Origin: a virus
Reading direction: 5' to 3' (one strand)
IMG/VR virus record: IMGVR_UViG_3300028610_000429
DNA length: 42,503 bases
Made by a program: the position numbers and the translations under genes. Under the pieces are notes generated by a model. It did not search any database and was not told the DNA's origin. It saw nothing but the letters and a program-made list of their open reading frames with translations. The stretch's first letter is position 1, and each line of letters starts with the position of its first letter. Positions 39,472 to 42,503 of this stretch are shown here, piece after piece.

Positions 39472-41265
39472 TTATCGTTTACTTTGGTTAAATTCAATGA
39501 GCAATTCTTCTATCTCTGGAGAACTCTCTGTCCCCCGAAGTTCTATTTTAAATTGAATCCATTTTGACCTTTTTGCTATCTTATAAAGCTGTTTAGCGAC
39601 TGTCTGGCTTGAAATTGCTCCTAACTTAGTCCAATTCATTAGTCTTGCGTCTGCGTCTCCTGAAGCCCCAGGTATCGCTTCGTCTATAGTAACAGTATAA
39701 GTTGGATCTGTATAACTCACAGCTGAAATATGTGCTGTTGCTCCTGCTCCCTTTCCTACTATAATCTCAACTTCTTGGCCTACAGCGGCATAAGCGAACA
39801 TTGCTTGAGTAGAAGTAAAAGTTTTCGTACTTGTCCAAGTTATTTCGTTTGCTTTAACGTACCCGGTTGTATGGTATAAGTTTGAATTTTTATCATTTCT
39901 ATATTTTACTACTATTCTGTCTGTGGAATTTTCTAATTTTTTAAATGCTATATTTAATCTCTTCCAAAAAGCTCTTACATTAGAAGAAGCAATTTGTGTT
40001 GTCACAAAATATCCTCTATTAGTAACACTGCTTTTTACTTGAGAAGTTAGTATCGCCTTAATAGTGGTTGACTCATTATCAGAATAAACAGAACAACCTG
40101 CTAAAAATCTTCCTTGTGAAGGGTTAGTTTCTACTAAAGCGCCATTTGGTCCAAAATTACCTGCCCCCCAATCATTGTCGGTAGATCCATCGTATTGTCC
40201 TACAGAGTATTTATGATAAAGACCTACATCTTTGTCATAAACCCATATTCCTCCAAGCATATTTTCTAGTAATAAAAATCCATTTCCGGGATTACCAGGA
40301 GAAGCATCTAAAAGTATATGGATTCTATTTCCGATAAGACACATTCCGTTGTGATGAACCATTTGTAAAATAGTAGAGTTATCTTCCCAAGTTATTCCAC
40401 TTTCAGTTATTGGAAGAGCAGCTACTTCAGCAAACCCTTCACCGTCATAAGCTAATAATTGCCCCTTTCCGTTTATTGTGTGCATTACACCATTCTCGTC
40501 TACACAACCAGCCCAAGAAATATCGCTATCTGGAGACAAAGGAGAATCATAGGTTTCGCTTGTTCCATCCCAAGGGAAGATTAACCCTACACCCCCCCTT
40601 ACATGTTTTGTTCCTATATACACTCTGTACCCATCATCAGCAACCCACACTATCTCATATTCTTTCGGTAAAGTTATCCTATTTTCTACCACAACCAAAC
40701 TGTCATCTATTGTATGAATTGTGTTTATATTAGTTACTAAAAGTAAATTTATAAATTTATGGAGAATATGTTTTCCAGCCGTTAAAGCTGTTCCACTTAA
40801 AGTGGTTTGCCACCAAGACGTGTCCCAAACTCCGTTATTAAGCATTGATAAATCAGTATTCCTTGCCACTATTAATCTGTCATAACTATTAGCCTGACCA
40901 AAGATTTCCATATCTGTCATTGCCGCAGTTGGAGTATCTCCTATAGCATCTTGCGTCCATCCTACTAAAGGATCAGTATTAGTTGTTTTAAACATTAATC
41001 CATCAGTTGAAGCCGCAAGTGCAGATTGAGTCAAAGCCCACCACCTATCTGTTTTATCTGCATCACTTCTTATAAACTTTGCAGCAGTCTCAAGATCAGC
41101 GTCATCTCCACTATCAACCAACCTATAAATCCTTTCTGATAATCTTATTTTTCCTTTATTTGCTTCTAAGTCTATGTTTTTAGTTGCCCAAAGATTACCA
41201 AGAACTTCTCCTCTTGAAGCTCTGACGAATCGTTTTGTTTCTGGATTTGGTATGGTTATTTGCAT
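39472..41265 (-). CDS. 597-aa large structural protein (tail or nozzle candidate)
   Basis: Track ORF, beta-rich and Trp/Gly-rich. It is flanked on both sides by HNH genes. Confidence 0.55.
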   Translation of the reverse strand: MQITIPNPETKRFVRASRGEVLGNLWATKNIDLEANKGKIRLSERIYRLVDSGDDADLETAAKFIRSDADKTDRWWALTQSALAASTDGLMFKTTNTDPLVGWTQDAIGDTPTAAMTDMEIFGQANSYDRLIVARNTDLSMLNNGVWDTSWWQTTLSGTALTAGKHILHKFINLLLVTNINTIHTIDDSLVVVENRITLPKEYEIVWVADDGYRVYIGTKHVRGGVGLIFPWDGTSETYDSPLSPDSDISWAGCVDENGVMHTINGKGQLLAYDGEGFAEVAALPITESGITWEDNSTILQMVHHNGMCLIGNRIHILLDASPGNPGNGFLLLENMLGGIWVYDKDVGLYHKYSVGQYDGSTDNDWGAGNFGPNGALVETNPSQGRFLAGCSVYSDNESTTIKAILTSQVKSSVTNRGYFVTTQIASSNVRAFWKRLNIAFKKLENSTDRIVVKYRNDKNSNLYHTTGYVKANEITWTSTKTFTSTQAMFAYAAVGQEVEIIVGKGAGATAHISAVSYTDPTYTVTIDEAIPGASGDADARLMNWTKLGAISSQTVAKQLYKIAKRSKWIQFKIELRGTESSPEIEELLIEFNQSKR

Positions 41266-41834
41266 TTTATAATTTTAGTAAATTCTTTTTCAAAACTTTT
41301 TTCTTTTCTTTTTGTTAAGTTGTGGCACTTTTTACAAAGTGTTATTCCGTTGTTAATTTTAAATCTTAATTTAGGATATTTTACAGATTGTTTTATATGG
41401 TGTGCCTCTAAATATCCACCTCGCTTTTTGCATTTTTGACAAGTAAATCTATCTCTCTCAAATACTGATAATCTCCACAATTTCCACTCAATACTATTAT
41501 AAATCTTATTTCTTTCTGATGTAACCCCTCCTTTCCAAGCTGGGTTTTTACTACCCTTCTTACCCTCACTCATTTTCTTTCTCGATTCTTTAGACATCTT
41601 CTTTCCTATGCCAATCTTACCAAATCCTTGCCTTATTGCATTTTCTCTCATCTTTTCTTTTGTTTCTTTAGAAACTATCTTACCTTTATGTCTTAAACTA
41701 TTCTGTCTTTTCCATTCTTCTGTGTGCTTATATCCCAAACTATTCTTGTGTCCTAAACAGTTTTTATTTCCTTTATTAGCTTCACTAATCTTTCTTGTAT
41801 GTTCTCTCGTTTGTTTATATCCTTTTTTACACAT
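41256..41834 (-). CDS. HNH homing endonuclease with NUMOD3-like repeats
   Basis: Repeated G.K.T.E.K.K.S motifs, then NPAWKGG...[16 protein letters not shown]...LEAHHIKQS...[13 protein letters not shown]. The track start at 41849 is TTG; the ATG is at 41834. Confidence 0.8.
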   Translation of the reverse strand: MCKKGYKQTREHTRKISEANKGNKNCLGHKNSLGYKHTEEWKRQNSLRHKGKIVSKETKEKMRENAIRQGFGKIGIGKKMSKESRKKMSEGKKGSKNPAWKGGVTSERNKIYNSIEWKLWRLSVFERDRFTCQKCKKRGGYLEAHHIKQSVKYPKLRFKINNGITLCKKCHNLTKRKEKSFEKEFTKIIKCK

Positions 41835-41845
41835 ATATTTTATGC

Positions 41846-42503
41846 TCAACGAAGCACATTCCTTGACTGGAGATATTCAAAAAATGAAAATTGCATTGTT
41901 TTCGCTGCTTCTGCATTTGTCGTAATTTCAAACCTCATTAAACTTATATTAGGAGTCGCTACCCTTGAAGGAAGATTCTCGTTTATTACTCCTTTTTCAT
42001 CTGAATCAACATAAAATACTATTTTACTTGCAGGAGTATATCTTGCCTCAACATTGAATTGAGCAGTAGTAATAGTCTGTAGTTCTACAGTCTTTTCAGT
42101 AGTTCCATCATAACTTACTCCATATAGAGTATTATTTACAACCTTAAACCCATAATAAGAGAATCCTTCAGTTATTTGTCCCACAATGGCATAGGCTGTA
42201 ATATCTGCTACGCTAGCAAAAATAAGAGTAGTTCTCATTCTACTTCTTTCCGAGAAAGTAATCACTCCTTGTTTTGCTGGTTGCTTAAACACAAATGCTG
42301 TATTGTCTTCTGCGGCAGAGGTTGTTATTTCAACCAATCCAAGAGTTAGATCCTGTGCATCAGCTGTAACAGAGAACCCATCTAAACTTTCAAAGAAAGT
42401 AACCCAATGGAATGTTCTCTTCCAAATTAAGTCAAAAATCTTATTTTCTAAAAACTTATCTACAGTTTTTTCTATGATGCTTTCGCTTTTTTTATCTAAT
42501 GGG
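41846..42503 (-). CDS. 3' segment of the wrap-around ORF (unique part 41846..42385; 42386..42503 duplicates codons also encoded at 1..118)
   Basis: The track entry 41846..42337 begins at an internal TTG. The frame stays open to the window edge and joins 186..1 once the duplicated 118 bp is removed. The C-terminal domain is beta-rich. Confidence 0.7.
   Translation of the reverse strand, partial: PLDKKSESIIEKTVDKFLENKIFDLIWKRTFHWVTFFESLDGFSVTADAQDLTLGLVEITTSAAEDNTAFVFKQPAKQGVITFSERSRMRTTLIFASVADITAYAIVGQITEGFSYYGFKVVNNTLYGVSYDGTTEKTVELQTITTAQFNVEARYTPASKIVFYVDSDEKGVINENLPSRVATPNISLMRFEITTNAEAAKTMQFSFFEYLQSRNVLR
42386..42503. repeat. Terminal direct repeat, right copy (identical to 1..118)
   Basis: Exact 118-bp duplicate of the left end. 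Confidence 0.95.

Noticed and set aside
924-41925. All plus-strand ORFs in the track, including 924..1112, 6084..6539, 12072..12506, 16036..16422, 35611..35940, 37662..38075, 39068..39385 and 41608..41925.
   Set aside because: Each lies entirely inside a longer minus-strand gene. Their Ser/Leu/Phe/Ile-rich low-complexity composition is typical of antisense shadows of AT-rich, Lys/Glu-rich genes. None has a recognisable motif, promoter or start context.
1-42503. Stop-codon reassignment, CRISPR arrays, integrase or repressor (lysogeny module), and reverse transcriptase/DGR.
   Set aside because: Long uninterrupted ORFs are obtained with the standard code, and TAA, TAG and TGA all terminate genes, several of them in ATGA overlaps. 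There are no spaced direct-repeat arrays. No tyrosine or serine recombinase, CI-like repressor or RT motifs were recognisable.

Overview
The window is one complete, circularly closed dsDNA tailed-phage genome. It has 42,385 unique bp, because bases 1-118 are repeated exactly at 42386-42503 and an ORF reads in frame across that junction. The genome is AT-rich and every credible gene is on the minus strand; the plus-strand track ORFs look like shadows.

Layout in transcription order (descending coordinates):
- Early and accessory genes, about 31.7 kb down to 15 kb. Five near-consensus sigma70-type promoters (TTGACA-N17-TATACT) sit here.
- This region also holds a lambda-like replication and recombination set. 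It comprises an O-like organiser gene carrying an internal iteron array, a PD-(D/E)XK exonuclease, an SSB-like protein, NinB and NinG.
- A truncated DNA methyltransferase, a 55-aa free-standing sigma70 region-4 protein missed by the ORF track, and many peptide genes under 60 aa lie in the same region.
- A phage-encoded GroES/GroEL pair is split by an HNH endonuclease gene and a 97-aa ORF.
- Packaging and head genes, 14958 down to 7725: large terminase, portal, scaffold, HK97-like capsid protein and a beta-helix protein.
- Late beta-rich fibre-like proteins, 7459 down to 189 and across the junction.
- Further late genes, 41846 down to 32229, include a 1529-aa virion-type giant protein with a ParB-like domain.
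- Lysis genes: an Amidase_2 endolysin and a holin-like protein.

Seven HNH endonuclease genes, one of them degenerate, occupy about 8% of the genome. Two of them have their own promoter and a leader RNA with the same interleaved two-helix design but different sequence.

A 1.6-kb island (29063..30692) is the only place with strong GGAGGTGA Shine-Dalgarno sites and extended -10 promoters. I found no DNA polymerase, primase, helicase, integrase, repressor, tRNA or CRISPR array. All functional calls come from motif recognition by eye and need database and structure confirmation.
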